A stretch of DNA of 64,000 nucleotides. Source: an uncultured Spirochaetaceae bacterium. GTDB lineage: Bacteria > Spirochaetota > Spirochaetia > DSM-27196 > SLST01. Of the stretch, positions 35,263-45,445 are shown piece after piece. Both the position numbers and the translations under genes were made by a program. Location: positions 40,176 through 104,175 of the forward strand of contig CAZREG010000002.1 in NCBI GenBank assembly GCA_964599075.1, written 5' to 3'. The number at the start of each line of letters is the position of its first letter. Within the stretch, counting starts at the first letter, position 1. The notes under the pieces were generated by a model. That model had not been told where the DNA came from. It worked only from the letters and a program-made list of their open reading frames with translations, and did no database searches.

Positions 35263-36090
35263 CTAACGAGCATCCGGAAGACGAAAGAGACGTCTTGCGT
35301 TCCCTGCTGTCACTCTTGCCAGTGACTCAGGCTTACATCTGCGTAGTTCTGCCAGCGCTTCTATGGTGAACCCCAGGTGTCCGGGGTGATTGACGGTGCC
35401 GCGAACTGCCTGGGGACTGAGATAGGGGCTGTCGGTCTCTACCAGGAGTCTGTCGTCAGGTACCAGACGTGCTGCCTCGCGAACCTCATCTGCGGACTTG
35501 TAGGTGATGTTGCCGCCGAACGACACGTACATTCCCAGCTCCAGGCAGTGACGGCAGTACTCCGGTCCCTGGGAGAAGCAGTGCATGACGCCAATAGGCC
35601 GGTTCACTCTGAGAAACTGGAGCATTTCATCTTCTGAGTCGCGGTTGTGAATCACCAGCGGAAGATCGTGCCGGCGGGCGAGTACCGCCTGCTGCTCGAG
35701 CGCCTGGTGCTGTAACGTGCGGTATTCGTCGGACCAGTGAAAATCGAGTCCCACCTCTCCCACCGCGACGATGCGGCCGGGAGTGTGTGAGAGTTGGCGA
35801 GCAAGAAGCGCAAGCTCCTCCTTCATGGTTTCTGGAGCTACTGATGTGGGATGCAGCCCGCAGCTGAAGAATACCAGCGGCAGGTGATCGTATGCACGGA
35901 TGCGTTCGGCAAGATCTGAGGGCAGAATTCCAATGTCCAGGACCGCCTGCATTCCTGCCTCTGCAGCCCGGCTCATAAGGAGCGAAGCGTCATTCTCTTT
36001 CGCTTCCAGGTGACTGAGATGGGCGTGGCTGTCAATCGCACCGTGGTACCAGCTGTATCTATCCGTTCGGCTCACCCGCAAAGAGTACAC
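35263..36090 (-). CDS. TatD-family metal-dependent hydrolase/DNase
   Basis: IDSHAHL, GEVGLDFHW, PLVIHNRDS, VETDSPYL motifs. Confidence 0.85.
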   Translation of the reverse strand: MYSLRVSRTDRYSWYHGAIDSHAHLSHLEAKENDASLLMSRAAEAGMQAVLDIGILPSDLAERIRAYDHLPLVFFSCGLHPTSVAPETMKEELALLARQLSHTPGRIVAVGEVGLDFHWSDEYRTLQHQALEQQAVLARRHDLPLVIHNRDSEDEMLQFLRVNRPIGVMHCFSQGPEYCRHCLELGMYVSFGGNITYKSADEVREAARLVPDDRLLVETDSPYLSPQAVRGTVNHPGHLGFTIEALAELRRCKPESLARVTAGNARRLFRLPDAR

Positions 36091-37891
36091 CGCTACCAGG
36101 GGCTATCGTCCAGTACGTCTCCTGTGCGGGATTAGCGCTATCACTGGCAGAGAGCGGGGTGGGCGCGTCGCCAATCACAAAGATGGGAGTCTCGCCGGAC
36201 GGGATTGAGACTGAAGAGGCTGAACTTCCGGTCGAAAGCGCAACGTCAACCCGTCCGGTCTCGCAGCTGCGGGCGTAGTGATAGATGTGAGCCCCAACGG
36301 TTATGGTCTGCCGATGGTCGCCTCTGAGAGCTGCGTGCTGCCCTCTGAGTTTGATGAGCCGGCGAAAGATTTCAAGAAGCTCAGTGTTCCAGTCGGCCTG
36401 ATTCCAGTTCATGTCTTTACGAGCCTGGGCATCGCCACCTGCATGCAGGTTCTCAAATGGGAACTCTTGAGTCATGCCGATCTCGGTTCCATAGTAGATG
36501 ACAGGAGTGGCAGGGAGGGTGAGCAGACAGAGCGCTGCGAGCGCAAGAGCGTGAGTATCCTGATTGGCCAGAAAGAGAAAGCGCTCCATATCGTGGTTGT
36601 CCAGGAAGCTGGCCCTTGCTGGTCCATGGGCCATAAAGCGCTCGTACTGAGAGAGGTACGCGTCCAGCTGGGAGAGAGTCCAGTGCTCGGTCGCGAACGC
36701 CAGGCGCAGAGCACGGGCGACCGGGAAGTCCAGGATGGAAGTCAAGCGGCCTGCGTAGCGGACCAGGGCGTCGCCGGTGTCGGTTGCCTCTGCCAGGGTC
36801 ACAACATCGGACTTCAAGGCCTGAAGATCCTGCTGCAGGTCATTCCAGAAGTCCATGCCGTGTCCGATCACATGATCAATGCGGTACCCGTCAACATCAC
36901 ACTCCTCAATCCAGTAGCGCGCGGCCTTCTTCAGATGCTCACGAGCTGCAACGCTCTCAGTGTTTATCGAAACCAGCGAGGGCACGTTCTCAAGAAACGA
37001 TCGATAACGATGGGGCCAATCGTAGAAGGTGAACCAGTCGGCGTACGGTGAGTCGGGTGACCGAACGGCATCAAGGAACGCCGGGTGTCTGTCTGAGAGA
37101 TGGCTTGGAACAAAGTCCAGGATCACCCTGATACTCTGGCGGTGACAGGCTGCCACCAATGAGCGGAGATCCTCCACGGTTCCCAGATCCGGATCAACGG
37201 CAAACAGATCTGTTGCATCATAGCGATGGTACGACGGTGCAATGTTGATCGGACTCAGCCAGAGGCAACTCACGCCCAAATCACTGATATAGGGCAGTGA
37301 GTCGGTGATGCCGCGGAGGGTCCCTCCATGCTTCTCCCGCAGTCCCGCGCTCAGATGCGTCTGTCCGTGGAAACGATCGGTGAAGATCTGATAGATCACG
37401 GCATCACGAAACCAGGAAGGCGGATGCTGCCGCGAACAGACTCGGTAGGAGAAGAGTGTGACACTCTGGCTGCTCGGGTACCGGAACCAGAAGCCTTGGC
37501 CGTCCTGCGCGCGGACGACAGAGCCGTCTGGCGTTCTGCCCTCTATACGGTAACGAACCCAGGCTCCGTCAGGCTGTGACGGGAGGGTGCACTCCCAACG
37601 GGTCGTGTACTCGCCGAGCGGCAAAAACTCTACCAAGCGGGCACTCATGGGGATCGAGCTGCTGTTGCCCTCCGGAAGCGAGCCGTCAACGGTATAGAAC
37701 AGTGAAGCCTCACGCAGCGGAAGATGGGCTCCGCTGAATGCGGTTACGGTCACCGAATCGCCCGGGCGTGGCCACAGCGGCGAGAGTGTGTTCTCATGCC
37801 GAAACTGACCGGCTGCGCTTGCAAGTCGGCGCATGACCATCTCAGCCGGAAGATCTCCGGGGGCGGTGGCTATCTCGCGTTCGTGTTCCAT
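36059..37891 (-). CDS. GH13 alpha-amylase-family glycosidase (neopullulanase/MalZ-like)
   Basis: GH13 conserved regions VILDFVPSH, GYRIDHVIG, LAEA, FLDNHDMERF. Confidence 0.8.
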   Translation of the reverse strand: MEHEREIATAPGDLPAEMVMRRLASAAGQFRHENTLSPLWPRPGDSVTVTAFSGAHLPLREASLFYTVDGSLPEGNSSSIPMSARLVEFLPLGEYTTRWECTLPSQPDGAWVRYRIEGRTPDGSVVRAQDGQGFWFRYPSSQSVTLFSYRVCSRQHPPSWFRDAVIYQIFTDRFHGQTHLSAGLREKHGGTLRGITDSLPYISDLGVSCLWLSPINIAPSYHRYDATDLFAVDPDLGTVEDLRSLVAACHRQSIRVILDFVPSHLSDRHPAFLDAVRSPDSPYADWFTFYDWPHRYRSFLENVPSLVSINTESVAAREHLKKAARYWIEECDVDGYRIDHVIGHGMDFWNDLQQDLQALKSDVVTLAEATDTGDALVRYAGRLTSILDFPVARALRLAFATEHWTLSQLDAYLSQYERFMAHGPARASFLDNHDMERFLFLANQDTHALALAALCLLTLPATPVIYYGTEIGMTQEFPFENLHAGGDAQARKDMNWNQADWNTELLEIFRRLIKLRGQHAALRGDHRQTITVGAHIYHYARSCETGRVDVALSTGSSASSVSIPSGETPIFVIGDAPTPLSASDSANPAQETYWTIAPGSGVLFAGEPNG

Positions 37892-38316
37892 TCTGCATCT
37901 CCTTCGTCATTTGTCAGACTGCGCTGGATCTGTTCAAGGATCTGAACGAGCGCCTGCTGCTGCCCACCTGAGAGCCCGGCGGTAAGCACTCTCTCGACTT
38001 TCCGGGCCCGTTCAAGACCGTGAGCGTGCAGGAGGCGTCCGGTCTCACTCAGGGCTACCGGACGCGCTCGACGGTCTTCCAAGTCAACCCTTCGCTCCAC
38101 GGCGCCCAACTGCTCAAGAGAATCAACGAGCCGGGTGACCGTGGTGTTGTCCATGAGCAGCCGACGGGTCAGCTCACCCATGAGAAGCGGTCGGTGCCGG
38201 CCGGAGAGAGCGTGCAGAGCGTTCCACTGCGCAACGGTCAGCGAGAGCGCGGCAAGTTCGGAGGCAAACAAGGCCTCAGCGGTCACATGGAGAGAACGAA
38301 GCCGGTGGTACAACAT
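37870..38316 (-). CDS. MarR-family transcriptional regulator
   Basis: Winged-HTH LTVAQWNALHAL...MGELTRRLLMDNTTVTRLVDSLEQLGAVERR. Start trimmed to ATG 38316 so that the divergent promoters fit. Confidence 0.8.
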   Translation of the reverse strand: MLYHRLRSLHVTAEALFASELAALSLTVAQWNALHALSGRHRPLLMGELTRRLLMDNTTVTRLVDSLEQLGAVERRVDLEDRRARPVALSETGRLLHAHGLERARKVERVLTAGLSGGQQQALVQILEQIQRSLTNDEGDAEWNTNAR

Positions 38317-38372
38317 ATTACCGTATGAGAATATATCAAAGGAGAATAAGTAACAAGCGTATGCACGGTTCA

Positions 38373-38401
38373 TTGACACCGGGAGTGCGCGACACTAGAT
38401 T
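38373..38401 (+). promoter_or_regulatory. Sigma70-type promoter of the LacI-family gene (very short leader)
   Basis: TTGACA-N17-TAGATT, 10 nt, ATG 38412. No SD. Back-to-back with the marR promoter (minus strand TTGTTA-N17-TATTCT, 11 nt, ATG 38316). Confidence 0.5.
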
Positions 38402-38411
38402 CTGGCAGACC

Positions 38412-39446
38412 ATGCGTGTCACGATCAACGATCTCGCTCGCGAGACCGGCTATTCAAAGACCACCGTCTCTTTCGCGTTTAATGAACCGGGAAAGATCTC
38501 TGCCCAGGCGCGTGAGAAGATCCTCCTGGCAGCGGACAAGCTGGGCTACGTGCCTGACCCCGTAGCACGGTCACTCTCAAGACGGAAGCTTGGCACGATC
38601 GGCCTTCTTCTGCCGCACACCATTCCCGTTGCCCTGAAGAACCCGTATATGGTGCGGCTGATCAGCGGAATTGGTGAGGTCTGCAACGCGCATGGTCTCT
38701 CTCTTACCATGCTGCCGCCGAACCGCGGTGATGTCCTCAAGAGCGTGCGCAGCGCTGCAGTCGACGGGTTTCTGACTATCGGTCTAGAGCCGGAGGACGA
38801 GGTGGTACGCGTGATCAATCACCGCCACATTCCGTTCTTGACCATTGATGGTCCAGCACACGCGGGGCTGCCCTCCGTCTGTGTGGATGATCGAGCAGCA
38901 GCGCGCGTCGCCATGCGCCACGTGCTGTCGAAAGGACACCGGAATATTGCGATCGTCATGCTGGAGGAGAGCAGGTCGGAGAGCGACGAGGCGTACTCCG
39001 GGATCGGCCGGCTGCGGATGGATGGGTACGAAGAGGCTCTCACCGAGTGTGGCCTGGAGATAGACGGTCAGGAGGTTGTGCTCCTTCACGAGCCGTGCAC
39101 GATTGAGGGTGGTGAGCAGGCCGCAAGAGCGGTGATTCTCGAGCACACCGGTGTCAGTGCCGTGGTCTGTATGAGCGACATTCTGGCGCTTGGAGTCTAT
39201 CGGGAGTGTCAGCGGGCCGGCTGGAGCATCCCTGAGCAGCTCTCTGTCGTGGGGTTTGACGATATTGTAGAGGCTGAGCTGGTGACGCCGGCGCTCACAA
39301 CTATCCGACAGCCGGCTGAAGAGAAGGGCCGCACTGCGGGAACTCTCCTGGTGGAGATGATCGCCAGACGTTCAGTTACCCCGTTTACTCAGCTGCCGTG
39401 CGCCCTGGTCGAACGCGGCAGCGTTGCGGCAATATTTCGGCCATGA
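38412..39446 (+). CDS. LacI-family transcriptional regulator
   Basis: N-terminal HTH MRVTINDLARETGYSKTTVSFAFN plus a periplasmic-binding-fold effector domain. Confidence 0.85.
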   Translation: MRVTINDLARETGYSKTTVSFAFNEPGKISAQAREKILLAADKLGYVPDPVARSLSRRKLGTIGLLLPHTIPVALKNPYMVRLISGIGEVCNAHGLSLTMLPPNRGDVLKSVRSAAVDGFLTIGLEPEDEVVRVINHRHIPFLTIDGPAHAGLPSVCVDDRAAARVAMRHVLSKGHRNIAIVMLEESRSESDEAYSGIGRLRMDGYEEALTECGLEIDGQEVVLLHEPCTIEGGEQAARAVILEHTGVSAVVCMSDILALGVYRECQRAGWSIPEQLSVVGFDDIVEAELVTPALTTIRQPAEEKGRTAGTLLVEMIARRSVTPFTQLPCALVERGSVAAIFRP

Positions 39447-39457
39447 GAGTCCCTGAG

Positions 39458-41323
39458 TCAATTACTTATTCGAATGATAACGCTCCTGTGACTCTCAAGC
39501 GCTACTGAAAACGAGTGATCATCAGAGTTGAGTGAACCCTCCGTGAACCCGAGTAGCGGTAGCCGGGTAGCGTTCCTTCCAGCAGCCGGTCCTTTCTCAA
39601 CCGTGATCGTCCGAACCGGCCCTCTGTTCAGTACAAGGAGAATAGACTCTTCGGGCAGAATGCGGGCAACAACAAGCTCATCCTCACCTGCATGGAGGAT
39701 ACGAAGCGAACCAACGTGCAGCGGACGTGCCGTTCGCTTCAGATGAGCGAGTTCGGAGTAGAGTGATCGATAGCGACTCTCCTGCTGATCGGACTCCCAC
39801 GGCATGGGATAGCGCTTCCCGTGATCGCCCTCAAAGTTTCCGCCAATGCCTACCTCATCGCCGTAGTAGATGCTTGGTGTCCCGGGAAGAATAAAGAGGA
39901 GAGCCACCGCGCCGGAGTAGGAGGGGAAATCCACAAACGGATCGAGGTGCAGACGGGCCACGTCATGACTGTCGAACAGATTGAACTGCACGTGGACAAG
40001 CTTACCGGCAAGCGTATTCCAGTGTTGGAGAATCAATGATGCGAGCTCGTGGCCGCTGATCGGGCGCCCCTTGACTCCTTCACGCTGAGGCGCAACGGCA
40101 AACCGATCCTCCTCACCAAGCCACATCCGGACAGGCCTGCCTGCTCCAAAGTAGTTCATGGCGGAGTCCCACTGATCCCCCCGGAGATAGTGAGATGAGT
40201 CATGCCAGTGTTCGCCCACAATGTACGCACGGGGCGAGATGCCCTTGACCACGTTCCTGATCTCCCGCCAGAGCTGGAAACCGAGTTGGGCCCCTTCGTG
40301 GTTCCCGGTCTCACTGGCCACGTCGAACCTCCATCCATCAATGGAGAATGGCGGCTTCAGGTAGCGCTGCACAAGCGAGTCAGGATCTCTGTAGATGCGG
40401 TCGCGAAGCCGCTCCACCTTGTAGTCCAGCTTTAATAGCTCCTGGACGCCCATCCAGTTGACCGGACTCCCGTCGGCGCCCTTTGCCACAACGTTCGATT
40501 GCCCGTCTTTTGCCGCAATCCCCTGTGCCCATGGGTGTTCTATGGCAATATGGTTGATCGAGACATCGAGGATCAATCGCACTTCACGCGCATGACACGC
40601 CTGGCAGAGCGCGATAAGCGCCTTATCACCCCCAAGGTGATCATCCACGTGGAAGTAGTCGAGACAGTCGTAGCGGTGATTGGTTTTCGCCGTAAAGATA
40701 GGGTTGAGGTAAAGCGCATTGACTCCAAGTGCTTGCAGGTAGTCAAGGCGCTGTTCAATGCCGGGTAGATCACCGTTGAAGAAGTCGAGCGACCCGCCCT
40801 CCGGATAGGGCAGTGGCAGCGAGTTCCAGTTCATGGCACGGCTGTGAAAGCCATCGCGTGATATCTCATGGTCCCGTACACCCAGGGACGGATTGCCGGA
40901 GGAGAAGCGGTCCGGGAAGATCTGGTAGAACACGGAGCGGGACACCCAGTCGGGAACGTCGTCTGCGGTATCGAGGTGGAAGTCGGTGCTCTCATCAGGG
41001 TAGACCGATGTAACCCCGCTTCGTGTGAAGTACCTGATCCCTCCAGCACAATCCTTCACGGTAAAATGGTAGTGCAGCTGGGGCTGAGTCAGACGAAGCC
41101 GGGCGGTGAAGCGGAGCCAGCCCCCCTGGGTGCCTTGTTGCACCATCGGGTAGTGGTGATCAATGCCGTTCTCTATCGTGCGCAGCGTGGCTCCACACAG
41201 CGGTGCTCCGCTCGCTACAAGGAGAGCAATCTCCATCTCTTGTCGCAGCTGCGGAGGAAAGGGGCAGACGTAAGTCTCAGTGGTATCGCTGAGCAGAGCG
41301 CTATGCCAGGCGCCGGCGTTCAT
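39458..41323 (-). CDS. GH13 alpha-amylase-family glycosidase (MalZ/cyclomaltodextrinase-like)
   Basis: GH13 regions LILDVSINH, GWRFDVASE, VGEHW, LFDSHDVAR. N-terminal beta-sandwich domain. Confidence 0.8.
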   Translation of the reverse strand: MNAGAWHSALLSDTTETYVCPFPPQLRQEMEIALLVASGAPLCGATLRTIENGIDHHYPMVQQGTQGGWLRFTARLRLTQPQLHYHFTVKDCAGGIRYFTRSGVTSVYPDESTDFHLDTADDVPDWVSRSVFYQIFPDRFSSGNPSLGVRDHEISRDGFHSRAMNWNSLPLPYPEGGSLDFFNGDLPGIEQRLDYLQALGVNALYLNPIFTAKTNHRYDCLDYFHVDDHLGGDKALIALCQACHAREVRLILDVSINHIAIEHPWAQGIAAKDGQSNVVAKGADGSPVNWMGVQELLKLDYKVERLRDRIYRDPDSLVQRYLKPPFSIDGWRFDVASETGNHEGAQLGFQLWREIRNVVKGISPRAYIVGEHWHDSSHYLRGDQWDSAMNYFGAGRPVRMWLGEEDRFAVAPQREGVKGRPISGHELASLILQHWNTLAGKLVHVQFNLFDSHDVARLHLDPFVDFPSYSGAVALLFILPGTPSIYYGDEVGIGGNFEGDHGKRYPMPWESDQQESRYRSLYSELAHLKRTARPLHVGSLRILHAGEDELVVARILPEESILLVLNRGPVRTITVEKGPAAGRNATRLPLLGFTEGSLNSDDHSFSVALESHRSVIIRISN

Positions 41324-42345
41324 CTGCCCCCCGGTGTGGCTGTGGCAGCGAGCAAACCGCGGATGACCAGTCTGGTTGGTACAATCACGTGGCGTTCTTC
41401 ACTGCGGCGGTCTTCAGAACGCTCGATGATGAGTCTTGCGGCGTGGGCTCCAAGCTGTTCCGGATAGATCTCAACGCTGGAGAACGGGGGATAGGCGCCG
41501 GGTCCCCACTCTGTGTTGTTGAATCCGACGCACTCCAGCTCACCGGCACCGTGCTCTCGAGCGGTGCGCATGGCTCCGAGCGCGAGATAGTCGTCGCTCG
41601 CCAGGAGCGCGTCCGGTACGGTCTGCCGAAGAATACGTCGCATAGCCTGCTCGCCACCCTCTTCACCAAAGGCATCTGCGTATCCCACCAGCTCGGGCTC
41701 AAACGGCAGCCCCCGGTTTGTCAGCGCCATTCGGTATCCCTCCAAGCGGTCTCTCGTGACATTCATGATCTGAGGCCCACCGACAAACGCTATGCGTCTG
41801 AATCCCGATTCCATGAGATGATTGACTGCATCGTAGGCCGCGTGAAAATTGTCATTATCTACCCAGAGGATGTCCTGAGACGGCTCAGGGCGCCCAATGA
41901 CGGCAAACGGAACCTTCCGTTCAAGAAGGGTCTCTATACAGGGGTCGTTCTGGTAGGCTCGCAGCAGCACGTAGCCCCGGACCGAAGGTGTATCAAGATA
42001 GCGAGTGAGAATCGCCATCTTCTGACTCTGTGTAGGCGCGAATCCGTACGTCACCAGATAGCCTGCCGCCTGAGCGGTGAGGCTCACGCCGCGGAGCACC
42101 GAGGTGAAGAAGGGGTGGCGCAGGAACTCCCGTTCGCCGTTCGGCAGAACGATCGCAAGAAGCCGTGCGGTATTTCTGGAACCGGGATAGAGCACGGAAC
42201 GGTAGTGAAGCTCATCAGCGGCCTGAAGCACTCGCTGCTTCGTCTCTTCGGTGATTTTAGGATGGTTATGAAGGGTTCGTGAGACCGTTGAGGCCGAAAC
42301 GCCCGCACGGTATGCAACGTCCTGAATGGTAACCTTCCCGCTCAT
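41320..42345 (-). CDS. LacI-family transcriptional regulator (embedded in the maltodextrin operon)
   Basis: HTH MSGKVTIQDVAYRAGVSASTVSRTLHN. Start trimmed to ATG 42345, downstream of the GH57 stop. Confidence 0.85.
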   Translation of the reverse strand: MSGKVTIQDVAYRAGVSASTVSRTLHNHPKITEETKQRVLQAADELHYRSVLYPGSRNTARLLAIVLPNGEREFLRHPFFTSVLRGVSLTAQAAGYLVTYGFAPTQSQKMAILTRYLDTPSVRGYVLLRAYQNDPCIETLLERKVPFAVIGRPEPSQDILWVDNDNFHAAYDAVNHLMESGFRRIAFVGGPQIMNVTRDRLEGYRMALTNRGLPFEPELVGYADAFGEEGGEQAMRRILRQTVPDALLASDDYLALGAMRTAREHGAGELECVGFNNTEWGPGAYPPFSSVEIYPEQLGAHAARLIIERSEDRRSEERHVIVPTRLVIRGLLAATATPGGR

Positions 42346-42368
42346 TGCTGCCAAATCTCTGCAGGCGC

Positions 42369-45300
42369 CTACTGCACGGTGTGCACGTAGACCTTTGGGA
42401 AACGATCCGGCGCCAGTTCGCTGATCCGACCAGTGGCCGCCTCGTAAGTTGAGAGCAGCTCCTGCTGGGTCGGCGAGACGCCAAGCGGTACCGCCATGTC
42501 TATGATGCGTGTATGGTTCACATCTTGCGGAGCGCCGCCAAATACCCACTGACCGGGCTCTTGGGACACATCACGCACCCGACGAACACCTGCTGACGGG
42601 AAACCCTCCTGGCCCAACACAACTGCAGTGTACCCGAGTGCAGCCGGATCAACTCCGTCTGGAAGGATCTCTTTCGGCAGCCGGATGGTCACCGTGCCGC
42701 CGTCAAGATCAACCCTTACCCGAAGCGGAGCACCACTGAGCTCTACGGGCGGGGAGGCAGGGTTGCCCGGATCGGCGGGCACCAGGACCTTCTGGTTCCA
42801 TCCCTCTACCCAGAGTGCGTACTCCCAGCCGTGCTCAGTAGGCATCGCGGCGTTGCGACCCTCCAGGAGATTTCGTGCACCAGTCGCTGCTCCCGGATCG
42901 ATGTCCAGATAGATATCGATGGTCTGCACACTCAGGTTGATCGGAGAATCCCACGAGTTCTGAATGGTGCCGGCAAGCTCTACGGTGAACTTTAGGTACT
43001 GTTCCTCGTCCTCCACCCTGAATGTGGTCATATCGTAGACCCCAGGTCCAAAGACCGTGTCAGACGGGTATATGTACGCTCCGGGCCCATGGTCATCGCC
43101 TTCCGGATCCTCAATCTCGAAGACAACTACGCCACCGCCAAGGTCCGGCAGATTGGTCTGCGCTGGTCCGCCTGAGGGTAGTGAATCAGTGACTCCGGAT
43201 GGCTCTACCGCGAATGCAACAAATGAGAGCGCATCTCCGCTTTCTAGATCACCAAGGATTGTGTGTGGCAGCGAAATCTCTGCCGCACGACTGGAGAAAG
43301 CGCTTGAAAGGGGTGCGTTCACTCGTTCCCACGCCCCGTCTGCGGTGCGTCGGACGACGTGCGCACCGCTATTCGAGAGTCTCAGGTAGACACTTGAGTC
43401 GAAGCCAATAAGCTCTGTGCTGCCGCCGTCAATGAAGCTTGCGGTGTGAACCTGGCCGGGATAGCCGAGATAGAGCTGTATCTCTCCACGCGAGAGAATC
43501 TCTGAGAGGGGAGTTGCCGTCTCCAGGAAGAGGTGGAAGCGCTCGGTGTCAAAGCCATAGGACATCCGATCGAACACATCAGAGGCCCGCGCCTGTGCCG
43601 TTCCGGTGGTCTGGTAGTAGCCGGCGAGTCCCCATTCATCTGCGCTTTGTTGTCCGTCAATCACCGGCGTGAACGTTCCCTGCGGGCGCCGCTGCGGCGG
43701 TGCGGGGCGCAGAGGGATGATCGGGATTCTCAGATAGTCGGGAACCGGCTCGTCGAGGCTGCGGAACACATTCGCGAGCAGCTCACGATACGCCTGATCG
43801 AAGTACTCGTCCTGGCCCGAATCCTGATCGGAACCGTACCACCAGAACCAGTCGGAGCCTTCCGCTAGATACATAAAGTCGAGCGCGCGCTCAAGACGCT
43901 CCGCAGTGGTTTCCCTGCGTCCGAGTTGATCGTAGAGGGCGAGGAAGCCACGGACGCGACCAAGCAGATTCCACGCCCTGGTCTCCTCCGGCTCTCCAAT
44001 CCAGGTGCTGTAGTCTGAGCTGAACCAGCTGCCGGGCCACAGGTCCTCGATCTCCCGTTGCTCGGGAAAACGCTCCACGAACTCAGTTACTGTTGTCGTT
44101 TTTATGGTCTGGCTCTCGCTGAGCCTTCGATACAATGCGTTGAGAAACTCTTTTCCGTCGTTGGGGTAGTGCTCCCACGCGTTCTCCCCGTCGAGGATGA
44201 TGCTGACAAGATGGGGGCCGCCGTCACCACCGGTCTCCTCCTGAAGGCGAGCCTTGATGTTTTCCAGACGTCTAATAAGGTCTGCCGCCGCCTGCTCGCC
44301 CGGGGTGCCGGAGTATTCAAAGCCCACCAGATCAGAGAGTCGCAGATCACGGAAGACCATAGTCACCGGCTCTCCTCGCCCGGGACGAACAGTGTATGGC
44401 CTGTAGAGCGCGTCCGCATTGACAACGGTGTCGGTGTCATCACGGGCAAAGCCCTCTATACCAATGCTCTTTGCAAGTACCTGCTCGCCGCTTGCCATCC
44501 ACTGGTAGCCGGCATCCCCGACCATCTTGACGATCTCCCCGGCGACCGCACCTTCGGCCGGCCAAAGACCGATCGGGTCACGACCAAACCTCTCGCGGTA
44601 GATCTCAACGCTCTTCTCCAGGTGCGCCACTGCGTCACCCGGGTAGTAGAACTCCTGGGGAAGCTCCGCGGTGGGATCGTTCTCAGCGGCAAGAGTGGTC
44701 GAAAAGATGAGCGGAAGAATGGGATGTGCGTAAGGCGTGGTAATGACCTGGATCTGTCCGGCTTCCTGAAGCTCCCGGTGAATCGGGACAACCTGCCTCA
44801 TGACCTCCCGTACCTGTTCAAAGATGATTGCCTTGTCGGCCTGTGCAAAGTTTTTTCCCTTCGAGACGAGGGAGGCGAGGGGCTCCTGCTCCTGAAACAT
44901 GGGATCAAACCAGGCGAGATTGAAGAGCACCTGAAGGTCCATATAGTCCTGCTCACTGAAGCTGTCTATGCCTTCGAGCGTGCGGGTGTCTATCTCCTGC
45001 TTTCTTTGGAGAAGCTGCACGTATCGTGGGAACTTGCCAATGAGATTGTCGTAGTTAGCATCAAAGAAGCGCTCCAGGATGAACTGCTTCTCTTCATGAG
45101 TAAGCTCGGAAGGATGCTTCTCCGCGAGCACCCAGTACACGTCCTTCGCTCCGTTGTTAAAATCATCTATCTGGCGAAGCAGGACCGGTGTGAGATTGAA
45201 CGTTGCCTTAACCTCAGGGTAATCACGGAGGATAGCCGCCATGTCGTAGTACGACTTTGTAGCGTGCACACGCACCCACGGTCGTGAGTAGACACCGGTG

Positions 45301-45443
45301 TCCGGATCCTGATAGTAGAGTGGCTGGTGCTGATGCCAGACCAGGTTCACATAGAGCACGTCCTCCCGTGGGCCGCAGCTTGAGAGGAGCGCCAGGGCCA
45401 TCAGACCTGTGAGACATTGAATAAGACAACGACTGGCGTTCAT
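42369..45443 (-). CDS. Large GH57-family alpha-glucan hydrolase lipoprotein (amylopullulanase-like)
   Basis: GH57 regions WHQHQPLY, RVHATKSYYDM, LWPAEGAV, ILDGENAWEHY. Lipoprotein signal MNASRCLIQCLTGLMALALLSSCG from ATG 45443. Confidence 0.8.
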   Translation of the reverse strand: MNASRCLIQCLTGLMALALLSSCGPREDVLYVNLVWHQHQPLYYQDPDTGVYSRPWVRVHATKSYYDMAAILRDYPEVKATFNLTPVLLRQIDDFNNGAKDVYWVLAEKHPSELTHEEKQFILERFFDANYDNLIGKFPRYVQLLQRKQEIDTRTLEGIDSFSEQDYMDLQVLFNLAWFDPMFQEQEPLASLVSKGKNFAQADKAIIFEQVREVMRQVVPIHRELQEAGQIQVITTPYAHPILPLIFSTTLAAENDPTAELPQEFYYPGDAVAHLEKSVEIYRERFGRDPIGLWPAEGAVAGEIVKMVGDAGYQWMASGEQVLAKSIGIEGFARDDTDTVVNADALYRPYTVRPGRGEPVTMVFRDLRLSDLVGFEYSGTPGEQAAADLIRRLENIKARLQEETGGDGGPHLVSIILDGENAWEHYPNDGKEFLNALYRRLSESQTIKTTTVTEFVERFPEQREIEDLWPGSWFSSDYSTWIGEPEETRAWNLLGRVRGFLALYDQLGRRETTAERLERALDFMYLAEGSDWFWWYGSDQDSGQDEYFDQAYRELLANVFRSLDEPVPDYLRIPIIPLRPAPPQRRPQGTFTPVIDGQQSADEWGLAGYYQTTGTAQARASDVFDRMSYGFDTERFHLFLETATPLSEILSRGEIQLYLGYPGQVHTASFIDGGSTELIGFDSSVYLRLSNSGAHVVRRTADGAWERVNAPLSSAFSSRAAEISLPHTILGDLESGDALSFVAFAVEPSGVTDSLPSGGPAQTNLPDLGGGVVVFEIEDPEGDDHGPGAYIYPSDTVFGPGVYDMTTFRVEDEEQYLKFTVELAGTIQNSWDSPINLSVQTIDIYLDIDPGAATGARNLLEGRNAAMPTEHGWEYALWVEGWNQKVLVPADPGNPASPPVELSGAPLRVRVDLDGGTVTIRLPKEILPDGVDPAALGYTAVVLGQEGFPSAGVRRVRDVSQEPGQWVFGGAPQDVNHTRIIDMAVPLGVSPTQQELLSTYEAATGRISELAPDRFPKVYVHTVQ

Positions 45444-45445
45444 TA

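Noticed and set aside
44058-45287. 409-aa ORF antisense to the GH57 gene. Similar long antisense ORFs lie at 31295-32326, 41389-42282, 47828-48811, 50356-51318, 51873-52883 and 60928-61803.
   Set aside because: Every one lies opposite a gene with clear family motifs and has an arginine/proline-rich composition typical of GC-rich antisense frames.
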